Shown here: in pieces, positions 49,707 to 59,107 of the stretch
How positions within the stretch are numbered: position 1 is the stretch's first letter
Layout of the letters: each line of letters starts with the position of its first letter
Virus record (IMG/VR): IMGVR_UViG_3300023435_000009
Length of the DNA: 64,000 nt
Origin: a virus
Lineage: Duplodnaviria; Caudoviricetes
Reading direction: 5' to 3' (one strand)
Made by a program: the position numbers and the translations under genes
Notes under the pieces: generated by a model
What the model was told of the DNA's origin: nothing
Database searches by the model: none
The model's input: the letters and a program-made list of their open reading frames with translations, nothing else

Positions 49707-52700
49707 ATGGCTAATAAGGACTATGGCAGCGGGGTTTCCCGGACACTGGATGCTTACAGGCGGCAGTTCCGGCATGTCGTTTGGCAGAAAGGTCGCCCCC
49801 CACTCGATTCTGAGTTATCGCTTCAGGACGACATTTCCTCCGAGATGTCTAAGGAACTTGTCAGCACGATGCTCCCTTCTGGGTTTTTCATGGACCCGAC
49901 CAGGACTGTGCAGGACTACCAGACGGATCCCCTGTGGGCAAACCAGATTAAGCTGGGCAACCCTCGGGTACCCTTTGGTTCCGGCGAGGCTGCGGAGCAG
50001 GATCCGGTTCTGTGGGCGAACGTCAATGGCTGGGTCATTCCTGTTTGTGGGTCCACCACGGTCGAGGGTGACCTTGCCAACATCATCAAGTTGTATCCGC
50101 CGCCCGAAAGTGACACACGGATAGACTTCATTTTCCTTGAGGCATGGGCCACTCGGGTAGACGCCAACCCTTCCACGGTGAACAAGCCATCCGCTTCTAC
50201 CATCTGGAAGTTCGGAAACACCAAGTACGGCGGCACCAATCTGGCTGACGATCTTGAGGATCCCACCATCGGTTACGAAACCACGGCTCGGGTCCAGATC
50301 CAGTACAGGCTCAGGGTTCACGGACAGGGCACCGGCCTCGGGGCTTCGGTGGCACTGGACGTTTATCCCGAGGGTTTGGATGACCCCAACGTGCTCGGAC
50401 AGGGCACGGCAGCCCTTCCGGTCGGTGGTGACAACTTCGTCAATATGCGTGAGGCGCTGGGTGACCCCAGCCTCTGGCGTGCAGGTTCAGGGGATCCTAA
50501 CAACTCTCTCGGCACGATCGATGGCTACACCTATGCTGTCCCGGTCTGTGCCATCTTCCGCCGTTGCTCCAACGTCTATATGGCGGTCAACACGGCAGGT
50601 AATCCGAACCACAACGGTGCGTTCAACAGGACGCCCAGCAGCAAGTTCCTCCCGGACCCCCTCTTGGGAGCACGAGTGCTGTTGCAGGCAACCCTCACCA
50701 ACGACCTGTCCCCGACTGACGCTTTGGACCCCGCCGGGGCCGATGCGATGGTGAACGTCACGAACTTGAACGGTTGTGGCTTGGAGGACACGCACCACGT
50801 CCTTACCAGCGTCTTCCTGGTGCTGGAGAACGAGATCGTTGGGATTAGCGCACTGGACCTTGTAGCCGGTACGATCACCATCCCTGCCGGTGGTAGGGGT
50901 CGGTACGGAACGGCGGCTGTGGGGCACGCAGCGGCCACTGAGGTAGGGTTTTTCAACACCCGCCCGGATGGGTTGTACTCGGACCAGGTCGCTGCCCAGG
51001 ACATTATGGACATGCGCCATGCTGTCAATCCCAACGACTGGGACTTTGGCAGGCTCCTGGAGCACAACGTCGCTGCACTCCTCAAGGGAGACTTGCACGC
51101 CACCTGGAAACACGCTGCGGCAGGCAACACCCAGGGGCCTGAAACCCACGAGATCACCTACCTCTATGGGGACGGTTCCATTGCTGTTCCGAACCACACT
51201 GAGGCTGCGGATGGCCCGGACGGGATCCGTACCATCTGGTCGGACGCAGCGACCATCCAGCCGGACGTGACGGTCCTTCTGAATAACGAGGCGATCCAGG
51301 ACGGCGGGAACGTCGGACTGACCAACGCCAACACCTTCACCTCCGGGGCGGGTTTCGCCTGGGACGTGGGAGCCGGGTTCTACCCCAGTGGCTTCATGAA
51401 TGTGTTCGGACAGCCTGCGACCGATGTCTTCTGTAACGGCACCACCCTCTTGCTCTTTACAGGTGGACTGGCCGGATCGGGAGGTGCTCGGGCAACCTTC
51501 AGGGACGGGGACACCAGGGCTGTGCGGGCCGTGACCCCCAAGGAGTACTGGAAGTCAGGGTACCCCATTGTGGACCCGGCCAACGGCAATCAGCACCCAG
51601 TCACGTTGCGTTTCCTGGAGGAGCGGGCCAACGAACAGCCTCCGACCGCTCTCAGCAGCGACGCACGGAAGGCTCGTCACGTTGGACCCTTCTCCCCCTA
51701 CCGGGAAACGAACTTCGAGAAGCCCTTCATCGTACTCGGTGGGATGTTGCGCCCGGAGATGCGTATCACGGCGGTGGCCACTGCGGATATGACAACGGTG
51801 GGTACCGTTAGTACCATCGACGTGGGTATCGATTTTGATGCGCTGGGTGATTACTACTCCTTGGACGCTGCTGGAAACATCGCCAACGATCCGACTGCTG
51901 TTTCCAGTCCTCTGCTTCGGGGCAAACGCACTCTCTACGGGATGCTTACGGCGGATGGGACGGACTACTCGGGGTACTCTTCCGAGGTCTACGTTGTCAT
52001 TTATGGTGACAACGCCAGCAACCAGAACAATGGTTGCTGGAAGGTGATTGGTGCTGGAACGGTGCCCTACACGGCGTCCACACCCTCCGCAGCCACCGAG
52101 ATCCGGGTTGTTTCCGTGTGTGCAGAGTTCACGGCGTTCGACAGTGCCACGGGCAACACCGTAACGGTGGAGTTCCGGTCCCAGGAGACCAACGCTGACG
52201 ACGTGTCAAGCTACAACACGAAGGTCGCTGATATGGCCATCGTGCTGACGGACATCGGTGGTCTGACCGAGCATCCGTGGAAGCGGGAGTACCTCGGCCA
52301 CGGCTACAACTACGACATCTCGATGCCGTTCGTAGCGGCTCGTGCAGCGGTCGAGTCACAGCTTCTGATCAGCATGGCGCTGCTCTACCATCCGGGTCGG
52401 GGTGGTATGGTGCGTATCCCAGACGAACTGGTCCGCTTCTCCATGAAGGGGGGCACCACGGACACGAACGGGGCCTACCTCCGGCAGAGCCCTGCATCCC
52501 TTGACACGACCTTCAGTGCGGTGGGGACACCCACGGACGAGACCAACTGGCAACCCAGCCACGTCCAGCTTTGGAACCGTCTGCCGGGTCTCGGTTGGAA
52601 TGCCCCCCTCGCCCCCAACTACGGTGGGGAGGTGATCGGGTACACCGAGCAGGATCGGGAGAACGAACTGTTCTTCGACCGGGGTTCCAAGACCGTCCTG

Positions 52701-55700
52701 TTCCGTCCCTTCCGGGATCGCCGGATGACCCTCCAGGAACAGTCCTTCGTGGACGTCATCGCTCCCGTACCGATTCCGGCGAACAGGTGCCTGTTCGGGG
52801 AGTACACCTACAACCTGACGAGTGTGGCGAAGGACGCTTTGCTGATCTGGACGGGGGCGGCTGGTTCCCAGGACAGCACGGGCAAAAAGATGGGTTTCCC
52901 CGTCCCTTACGAATTCATGCCCCGGTTCGGTCGGCAGGACATCCCTTACTACGTAGACCAGGCGAGTGGGACCGGCCCCTTCCTGAGCGGGATCAATCAC
53001 CTGTTTAAGGATGAGGCAGATACGACCAGCCCGGTATTCAACATCATCGGTGGGCACCCCACGGCTGCGAGTGTCCCGGCGGTCTACTCAATGTTCTTCG
53101 CCACGGGCAACATCCCGGACGGTGGCGGTGGCGTCCTCCCCTGGGAGTATGGGCGCAGCGGAACGATGCCTGCGTACATGCAGACGCTGCCCTTCATTTG
53201 GGCACGGCGGGCACCCGAGGACATCAACACGGTCAACCCCTTTGCTCAGGGCGTCGTGAACAAATTGGCTGCGGTCAACTCCTCGGATTTCGGTAAGGGT
53301 CTCAAGGGCATTCAGCTTCCGCCCTACTACGGGATTGCACGCCTTTACGGTGTGTACGATGTCAGGGACTTCGATGCGAAGGGTGGCCGGAGCTTCCAGG
53401 CCAACCGGATTGACCCTGAGACGGATCCGGTCCCGAACCTTCTCAGGCAGGATGCCACCCAGCAGACGCTGTTCATCCTCCAGGGTGGGGCTAAGGACTT
53501 TGGCGAGAGCGACGGAGACCATACTTACCTGATTCCCTTCAACGCCCTTGATATCACACGTGCTGTGGGTTACATCGACGGGGACGTGCCGGAGGACTAT
53601 CACTACGTTGTGGAATGCTCGACGTTTGGTTTCGCTCGGGGCTTCATCGACCAGAACAACCTGGTCACCGTGAGGAAGTTTGGTGGCACGGGCCTCGGCC
53701 TTGATGGTACTCCGGGCGGCAACGTAGACGGAGATGACCTGGAGATCCGGGGGGTCCACATGGTCCTCCCCTGCCCGGCTGCGTACCACGATCAGTTCTA
53801 CGCAGCGTACAACCGCACGGTCTACCAGGGCGACCCCTACATGAGCCGTGGTGGTGCGAAGACCGAGTCCGACTACGAGACTCGCTATGGACAGCTTTCG
53901 GTGGGCGCTCAGTATGCGATGCGGATGCCTATCGAGCAGTACGACGCCAATGGGGATTTCGTTCCTGAGATCCCGAATGCTCATGCGTTCGAGGTGCTGG
54001 CGTCCCTGGACTTCTACACGACGATGGGTACCGGCAAGATCGGTGGCCAACTCTATCCGGGCACACCCCTGGATGTGGGTTTCACCGAAGCCAACGCTAA
54101 GTCTGCTCATCGGTACATGGATGAGGTGGACGTTCCCTTCCGGGTTCTCCCCCGTGCCTTCACCGAGGGACAGAAGACCAATACGTCCAGGGCGTCCCTC
54201 GACTTGTACTTGCTCTACAATGCTGGACTGAACCCCACGGCAACGGACTATTTCACGCTTCGGATCGGACTCTTGGACGGCACAGCGGTGGACCTGTGGG
54301 CCGCTACCGACGCCAACGCCATCATCCTTCAGGCAGCCCCCTGGAATATCCCAGCCGAGGACATTTTCACAGTAAACGAGACCAGGACGATTCGAGAGGT
54401 CGGTACGGGGAGCCTTAGTTTCCCCAACCCCACGGAGATTGCACCGGGACAGGTCATCACGGACACTGTCACGGTGGCGGGTGCCTCCCTCATGGCAGAT
54501 TCTGTGCTCGTCAGCACGGACACGTCACCTCTGGTGAAGGTCCGGGGTTGGGTGTCGGCAGCGGACACAGTGACCCTCCAGTACTTCAATATCTGGACAC
54601 CGGCTGCCTTCCTTTCTGATCCGGGGGGGGATCCCTCGGTTGCTGATGTTGCTGGGGTGACGCTTCCCGTTGTAGGAGCAGGAGCGATGCTTCCCGTTGT
54701 CGCCCTCACGGCACTCCCAGGGGCAGCCCCGACGCAGAAACTGGTGGTGCATTACAGCACCGTTGCCGCTGAGACTGGTCTTCTGTTTACCGCAGAGGTG
54801 ACAGCACCGGGCACAGTTCAGGTGTTCGTACACAACCCCACGGTTGGTCCCCTCGGTGGTGGTGCCCCCGTGACACTGCGCTTCGGCATGCTCGACCCCA
54901 TGGACCTGACCCTCTACACCTATGACATGGGTGGGGAGACGACCTTCGTGCGGGTCTTGAAGACGGACATCACGGGGGGGCTGGCTGAAAGGACTGTCGT
55001 GTCGTTGGCTGATAGGATCAATGGACACTCCAAGCTGAAGCAGACGATCTCGGCTACGCCGCAGGAGCAGATGTCCTTTGGGGGCAACAAGGTCCGCATC
55101 GAAGCGATTCCCACGGGGAAGGCCGGGCGAGGTGTCACCGTTGCGATGCGTGGTGTGGGAGCCGTCAACCCGCAGTCGATTGCTCGGATGGAGATCCCCC
55201 ACGACAACACGGTTGTCCGAGTCCAGGGCCAGTCAATGTCCCCGCTGTTGGGTGGGGACAACCTTCCGATGAATGCGGGGGACGGGACGAGCCAGATCAA
55301 CATCACAGGAATGACGGAGAGGCTCCCGATGGGTGCCCTCCTCCAGGATAGCGACTTCCTGTGTGAGAACCCCTTGAACGATACCGCTTCTGCGGTCAAG
55401 ACCAGTCCGACTGGTCCGAGGCCCATCCAGACGGTGATGCCCTTGACTTCCGAGGGCGGCGAGTACACTCGCTTCTTTGGTGAGCCTGGGGAACTCCTGG
55501 CCCTGGCTGACGGGTCCATTTCGGTGACGAGTTTCGGTGCCTGGCGTCAGACCAGCGAAGGTGGTGGTGGACCCACGGGTTCCCGCCGGTTCCGTTTGTA
55601 TCGGGGTGGTGGATCAGCCTTCACCCTCAGCGGGGACTACCCTGGCGCTCCCATTGACTGGGTGTCCGACACCTTCCCCAGTGCTTTTGAGCCTGTCCTC

Positions 55701-56021
55701 AAGGGCGGGATCCTGGGGTGCCGTGCAATGCTCGTGCGGAACTACCGTGAGGACGTGACTCCCTCGGGCAGCACCTACAAGGTGACGGACGGGGACGAGA
55801 TCCAGATGGTGGTGATCACCAACGGCATCCTGGGTGATGGTCAGTCACGGACTGAGGGTGTCAACCTGGGTGGGAGCATCTCACCTTCGGGCTATGGTGA
55901 GGGCTGGGCAGCAGCCGACCGCTTCCGTATCGACGGGAAGCCTATGTTCAAGGGTTACAGCAGAGCCGTTCCGAATCCTGCTGACGTTGAGCTTGTAGTG
56001 TACCCTGACGAGCAGAGGTAA
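49707..56021 (+). CDS. Very large virion structural protein, paralog B (2104 aa)
   Basis: Start placed at ATG 49707 after SD GGAGG. VVWQKGRPPLDSELS motif; collinear similarity to 33507-37121. Confidence 0.75.
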   Translation: MANKDYGSGVSRTLDAYRRQFRHVVWQKGRPPLDSELSLQDDISSEMSKELVSTMLPSGFFMDPTRTVQDYQTDPLWANQIKLGNPRVPFGSGEAAEQDPVLWANVNGWVIPVCGSTTVEGDLANIIKLYPPPESDTRIDFIFLEAWATRVDANPSTVNKPSASTIWKFGNTKYGGTNLADDLEDPTIGYETTARVQIQYRLRVHGQGTGLGASVALDVYPEGLDDPNVLGQGTAALPVGGDNFVNMREALGDPSLWRAGSGDPNNSLGTIDGYTYAVPVCAIFRRCSNVYMAVNTAGNPNHNGAFNRTPSSKFLPDPLLGARVLLQATLTNDLSPTDALDPAGADAMVNVTNLNGCGLEDTHHVLTSVFLVLENEIVGISALDLVAGTITIPAGGRGRYGTAAVGHAAATEVGFFNTRPDGLYSDQVAAQDIMDMRHAVNPNDWDFGRLLEHNVAALLKGDLHATWKHAAAGNTQGPETHEITYLYGDGSIAVPNHTEAADGPDGIRTIWSDAATIQPDVTVLLNNEAIQDGGNVGLTNANTFTSGAGFAWDVGAGFYPSGFMNVFGQPATDVFCNGTTLLLFTGGLAGSGGARATFRDGDTRAVRAVTPKEYWKSGYPIVDPANGNQHPVTLRFLEERANEQPPTALSSDARKARHVGPFSPYRETNFEKPFIVLGGMLRPEMRITAVATADMTTVGTVSTIDVGIDFDALGDYYSLDAAGNIANDPTAVSSPLLRGKRTLYGMLTADGTDYSGYSSEVYVVIYGDNASNQNNGCWKVIGAGTVPYTASTPSAATEIRVVSVCAEFTAFDSATGNTVTVEFRSQETNADDVSSYNTKVADMAIVLTDIGGLTEHPWKREYLGHGYNYDISMPFVAARAAVESQLLISMALLYHPGRGGMVRIPDELVRFSMKGGTTDTNGAYLRQSPASLDTTFSAVGTPTDETNWQPSHVQLWNRLPGLGWNAPLAPNYGGEVIGYTEQDRENELFFDRGSKTVLFRPFRDRRMTLQEQSFVDVIAPVPIPANRCLFGEYTYNLTSVAKDALLIWTGAAGSQDSTGKKMGFPVPYEFMPRFGRQDIPYYVDQASGTGPFLSGINHLFKDEADTTSPVFNIIGGHPTAASVPAVYSMFFATGNIPDGGGGVLPWEYGRSGTMPAYMQTLPFIWARRAPEDINTVNPFAQGVVNKLAAVNSSDFGKGLKGIQLPPYYGIARLYGVYDVRDFDAKGGRSFQANRIDPETDPVPNLLRQDATQQTLFILQGGAKDFGESDGDHTYLIPFNALDITRAVGYIDGDVPEDYHYVVECSTFGFARGFIDQNNLVTVRKFGGTGLGLDGTPGGNVDGDDLEIRGVHMVLPCPAAYHDQFYAAYNRTVYQGDPYMSRGGAKTESDYETRYGQLSVGAQYAMRMPIEQYDANGDFVPEIPNAHAFEVLASLDFYTTMGTGKIGGQLYPGTPLDVGFTEANAKSAHRYMDEVDVPFRVLPRAFTEGQKTNTSRASLDLYLLYNAGLNPTATDYFTLRIGLLDGTAVDLWAATDANAIILQAAPWNIPAEDIFTVNETRTIREVGTGSLSFPNPTEIAPGQVITDTVTVAGASLMADSVLVSTDTSPLVKVRGWVSAADTVTLQYFNIWTPAAFLSDPGGDPSVADVAGVTLPVVGAGAMLPVVALTALPGAAPTQKLVVHYSTVAAETGLLFTAEVTAPGTVQVFVHNPTVGPLGGGAPVTLRFGMLDPMDLTLYTYDMGGETTFVRVLKTDITGGLAERTVVSLADRINGHSKLKQTISATPQEQMSFGGNKVRIEAIPTGKAGRGVTVAMRGVGAVNPQSIARMEIPHDNTVVRVQGQSMSPLLGGDNLPMNAGDGTSQINITGMTERLPMGALLQDSDFLCENPLNDTASAVKTSPTGPRPIQTVMPLTSEGGEYTRFFGEPGELLALADGSISVTSFGAWRQTSEGGGGPTGSRRFRLYRGGGSAFTLSGDYPGAPIDWVSDTFPSAFEPVLKGGILGCRAMLVRNYREDVTPSGSTYKVTDGDEIQMVVITNGILGDGQSRTEGVNLGGSISPSGYGEGWAAADRFRIDGKPMFKGYSRAVPNPADVELVVYPDEQR

Positions 56022-56023
56022 CA

Positions 56024-56440
56024 ATGAGCAATCGAGCACAAGCCTTGGCGAAGAAATACCTAACCGCTGAGACCACACGGCAGGCGGGTTACGGTGTGGC
56101 CCCCAAGGTCTACGCCATGGTCGACGCCCACACCCTGGTTCTGTGGACGAGTTTCGCCAGTTTCGGGCGAGCACACCACCTCATTTCGCAGCTTAATTGG
56201 TGGGACAGTGCGTTGTACAAGGTGGGGCGTGCAGCACGGCTCATCTTGGAGGACAACAGCATACCCAGCAAGTTCGGTCGCGAAGTGTTTTTCGAGCCGG
56301 ACAAGCACCAGCCCCGAGAGATGCAGGCGTACGTCAGGCTGCGCCCCCAGACGGGAAGCTGGGATAGGGATCAGATTGACTTGATCAAGTCCGTTGTCCA
56401 TCACCCTTCGGTAGCAGATGGCCTGAGGGATATGTTCTGA
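56024..56440 (+). CDS. Hypothetical protein (138 aa)
   Basis: Coupled ORF with GAGG SD. Confidence 0.7.
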   Translation: MSNRAQALAKKYLTAETTRQAGYGVAPKVYAMVDAHTLVLWTSFASFGRAHHLISQLNWWDSALYKVGRAARLILEDNSIPSKFGREVFFEPDKHQPREMQAYVRLRPQTGSWDRDQIDLIKSVVHHPSVADGLRDMF

Positions 56441-56793
56441 TGCCCTTCATCTGCAGAGACAAGATCAACCCCGCTGTGCGTAAACCCTATGAGGGAGCGT
56501 ACAAGGGACAGCTTCGGCAGGCTCTGACCAATCCCGGTCTCACTGCCGAACAACGAGAACGCATCAAGGATCAACTGGCCGAGGTGGGACAACCGAAGGT
56601 TTACCGGGTGGACACGCCTCCAAAGCCCGGTGCCATCTCATTCGAAGAACCCCTCCCTCCCAGGAAAATCCTTGAGACGTTGAAGAGGGTCGATTTGCTG
56701 GTCATCGCTCGTAAGCTGCAGATCCCGACGAACGGGACGAAGGCTGCGATCATTGAACGGTTGATATTGGCCACACACAATGGAGCTTCATGA
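56440..56793 (+). CDS. Small protein with C-terminal SAP/Rho-N-like helix-extension-helix domain (117 aa)
   Basis: LKRVDLLVIARKLQIPTNGTKAAIIERL matches the SAP/Rho_N pattern; TGATG coupling. Confidence 0.65.
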   Translation: MPFICRDKINPAVRKPYEGAYKGQLRQALTNPGLTAEQRERIKDQLAEVGQPKVYRVDTPPKPGAISFEEPLPPRKILETLKRVDLLVIARKLQIPTNGTKAAIIERLILATHNGAS

Positions 56794-56844
56794 AAGGCGA
56801 ACAAAACCGAACATGCGGCTTCGAGGCTAAGGAGGAGTGTTAAG

Positions 56845-57060
56845 GTGAACCACCAGAATAAAAATGGTGGAACTGAAGGTGAGACTCCTATGTTCTCCGG
56901 GTTGTCTTTAAGGACAGCTACCCTGAGATTGGTCCAGTCTCAGGCTCTAGCAGTATCGAAGGACGAAACAAGACCTGAAATGGTTGGTAACATCTTCGAT
57001 ACAACCAGAGGCCCGGAAACTTTGCCGAGGACAACAATTTCCCTTCGGGAGGTGTCTTAA
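56845..57060 (+). ncRNA. IscB omegaRNA scaffold, copy 1 (putative guide immediately 5', 56823-56844)
   Basis: Directly upstream of iscB. Stems CCACC/GGTGG, GTTGTC/GACAGC, CTGAGATTG/CAGTCTCAG, a CTTCGG tetraloop and ACTTTGCCGAGG. 214/216 identical to 63341-63556. Confidence 0.85.
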
Positions 57061-58251
57061 ATGACACAGAAAATCTTTGTGATTGACGCTGACGGGAAGC
57101 AGCTACTTCCCACTCACCCAGCACGCTCTAGAAAATTGTTGCGAGCTGGTCGTGCCCAGGTACACCAAGTGGTGCCGTTTACGATTCAATTGAGCCGTGT
57201 TGTTGAGAATCCTGTTGGAGCCTTCACTGTTGGTATCGATGATGGAGCGAAACACGTTGGTATTGCAGTTGTAAACAGGCATCAGAAAGAAGTTGTTTTC
57301 CGAGGCACAATTCGTTTGAGACAAGACGTTTCGAGGAAAATGACACAACGGGCAGCGTATCGACGAACGAGGAGAAGTCGGTTACGCTTTCGGGCACCGA
57401 GATTCAGGAACAGGGGTAGAAGGGGCTTTCTGCCCCCAACGATCCGACAGAAGAAAGAATCCATTTTGAGAGTGCTTGTCGATCTCAAAAAGAGGTTGAA
57501 CATCATCGAGGCTACGATTGAAGAAGGTCAGTTTGACACAAGTAGTTTGGTTGCAGGACGAAAATTGACAGGGGCAGAATTTCAGAAATCTGAATACAGT
57601 AAGGGGGGTTTTCGAGCTAAGGTGCTGTGGCGAGACAAATACAAGTGTCAACATTGTGGTACCTCTGATCGCCTTCAAGCCCACCACATTCAGTTTAAGA
57701 GTCGAGGTGGTGGGGATTCCCCTCAAAATGGGCTTACTCTTTGTGGGACATGTCATGCGGATCTTCATGAAGGATTGTGGGTGCTGACAAAGAAGCCTCG
57801 TCCTTTTAGGTATCCTGCTCATCTACAAGCAGGTAAGAATTACCTGAGGGAGCTTCTTCATGGGATTGGCTTAAGAATCGAGGTTTGTTTCGGGTGGATG
57901 ACTGCCAAGTGGCGGAAATGTCTTGAGTTGGAGAAAGCACATGACTTAGATGCCGTTGCTATGGTTTGTCGGGGCTGCAAGCCCTACTTGTGTCTAAGGT
58001 CTTTTTTGGTTATCCCGAAGAGAACGAAGGTATGGGAAAACAATCCCACGAAAAAGCGTTTTGAGTTTCGGGGTTTTAGACATTGGGATTTGGTGAAGGC
58101 TCGTCATCGTACTCGTGGTGTAGTTGTTGGGTCCATAAGGAGTCTAAAGAAGACTACCCTTACTTTACGAACGAATTGGGACAGTAACTTTCCTGTTTCG
58201 TATAACAAATCCCAAGTTTTGTGGCGCTTTGGGGGTCTTGTTTATGTCTGA
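57061..58251 (+). CDS. iscB: IscB RNA-guided endonuclease (PLMP, split RuvC, RRXRR bridge helix, HNH)
   Basis: QLLPTHPARSRKLL (PLMP-like), GIDDGAKHVGIAV (RuvC-I), RRTRR, IEEGQFD (RuvC-II), CQHC...AHHI...NGLTLCGTCH (HNH), AHDLDA (RuvC-III). Confidence 0.95.
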   Translation: MTQKIFVIDADGKQLLPTHPARSRKLLRAGRAQVHQVVPFTIQLSRVVENPVGAFTVGIDDGAKHVGIAVVNRHQKEVVFRGTIRLRQDVSRKMTQRAAYRRTRRSRLRFRAPRFRNRGRRGFLPPTIRQKKESILRVLVDLKKRLNIIEATIEEGQFDTSSLVAGRKLTGAEFQKSEYSKGGFRAKVLWRDKYKCQHCGTSDRLQAHHIQFKSRGGGDSPQNGLTLCGTCHADLHEGLWVLTKKPRPFRYPAHLQAGKNYLRELLHGIGLRIEVCFGWMTAKWRKCLELEKAHDLDAVAMVCRGCKPYLCLRSFLVIPKRTKVWENNPTKKRFEFRGFRHWDLVKARHRTRGVVVGSIRSLKKTTLTLRTNWDSNFPVSYNKSQVLWRFGGLVYV

Positions 58252-58268
58252 CAGTGTTGAGCACTGTC
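58250..58268 (+). other. Perfect 7-bp hairpin at the iscB 3' end (candidate IS200/IS605-type subterminal end structure)
   Basis: GACAGTG-TTGAG-CACTGTC overlaps the iscB stop codon. Confidence 0.5.
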
Positions 58269-58286
58269 TTTGAAGGAGGATAGAAA

Positions 58287-59012
58287 ATGAGCAACGTTCG
58301 GAAACTGGCGCTTTTTGCTCTCATCTGTTTTGGCTCCATGGTACTCATGGGTCAGGCACCTTCCGTTGAGGAACTTCCGGTTCCGGCGGCGGAGATTGCA
58401 GAGAATGCGCCCGCAACTCCGGCGGAAGCTGCCCATGAGGTTGCTCCTGTCGATGTCCCCGTGATTGAGGAGGCTCCTATTGCAGAGGAGGCTCCGGTTT
58501 TGGTGGTGGTCGAGGAAACCCCTGAGGCTGCTCAGGTAGCCGAGGAGGAAGCATCCGCAGAGGAGACCCCGGAGGAAGCCCCCGTAATGGCGGAGGAAAC
58601 CTCTGAGATCGTCCTTGTGGCTGAAGAGGAAGCACCCGCAGCAGAAGAGAAGGAAGCATCGGCGGAGATCGTCGTACCTCCCGAGACCGATGCGGAAGCG
58701 GGGGAAGCTATCGGGACGGCAATTGATTTGGCAGCGCACGGTGCTTGGACGGCATTTATCGGCTTCATCCTGATGCTGGTCGTCTGGTTTCTGCGGCGGA
58801 TCAAGATTCTGGCGAAGATCCCGAAGAAGGCTGTCCCGTGGGTGACTGTTATATTGGGGTGCCTGACAGCGGTCGGACTGGTATTGGCTGGTGGCCAGTC
58901 CTGGGTCGTGGCTCTCACGCAGGGTATTGGAGGCGGCTTGGCTGCTCCGGCAATGTGGGAGTTGGGTTTCAAACACTTGTCTGCGGGGGCCTCTAAGGTC
59001 GAGTCGGCCTGA
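58287..59012 (+). CDS. Membrane protein: signal peptide, acidic Glu/Ala/Pro stalk, holin-like C-terminal TM bundle (241 aa)
   Basis: SD AAGGAGG; hydrophobic N-terminus; EEAP-type repeats; three hydrophobic segments ending in GGGLAAPAMWELGFK. Confidence 0.6.
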   Translation: MSNVRKLALFALICFGSMVLMGQAPSVEELPVPAAEIAENAPATPAEAAHEVAPVDVPVIEEAPIAEEAPVLVVVEETPEAAQVAEEEASAEETPEEAPVMAEETSEIVLVAEEEAPAAEEKEASAEIVVPPETDAEAGEAIGTAIDLAAHGAWTAFIGFILMLVVWFLRRIKILAKIPKKAVPWVTVILGCLTAVGLVLAGGQSWVVALTQGIGGGLAAPAMWELGFKHLSAGASKVESA

Positions 59013-59062
59013 CGGAACTACAGGGACGAACCTGGAGGCGGGTAAGTCCTTTTCCTTGATAT

Positions 59063-59107
59063 GCTACGGGGTGGTCGCGCTCGATACGGGAGTGGCCACC
59101 CCGTAGC
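59063..59107. terminator. Long GC-rich hairpin at the convergence of plus- and minus-strand genes; likely terminator
   Basis: GCTACGGGGTGGTCGC...GTGGCCACCCCGTAGC forms a 16-bp stem (with G-U pairs), followed by a T-rich tract on the plus strand. Confidence 0.6.

Noticed and set aside
1186-55519. Many long minus-strand and alternate-frame ORFs (e.g. 1186-2307, 26227-27636, 42709-44019, 29746-30759)
   Set aside because: They lie wholly within long plus-strand genes, lack SD sites and protein-like motifs, and are expected shadows of strong GC3 codon bias.
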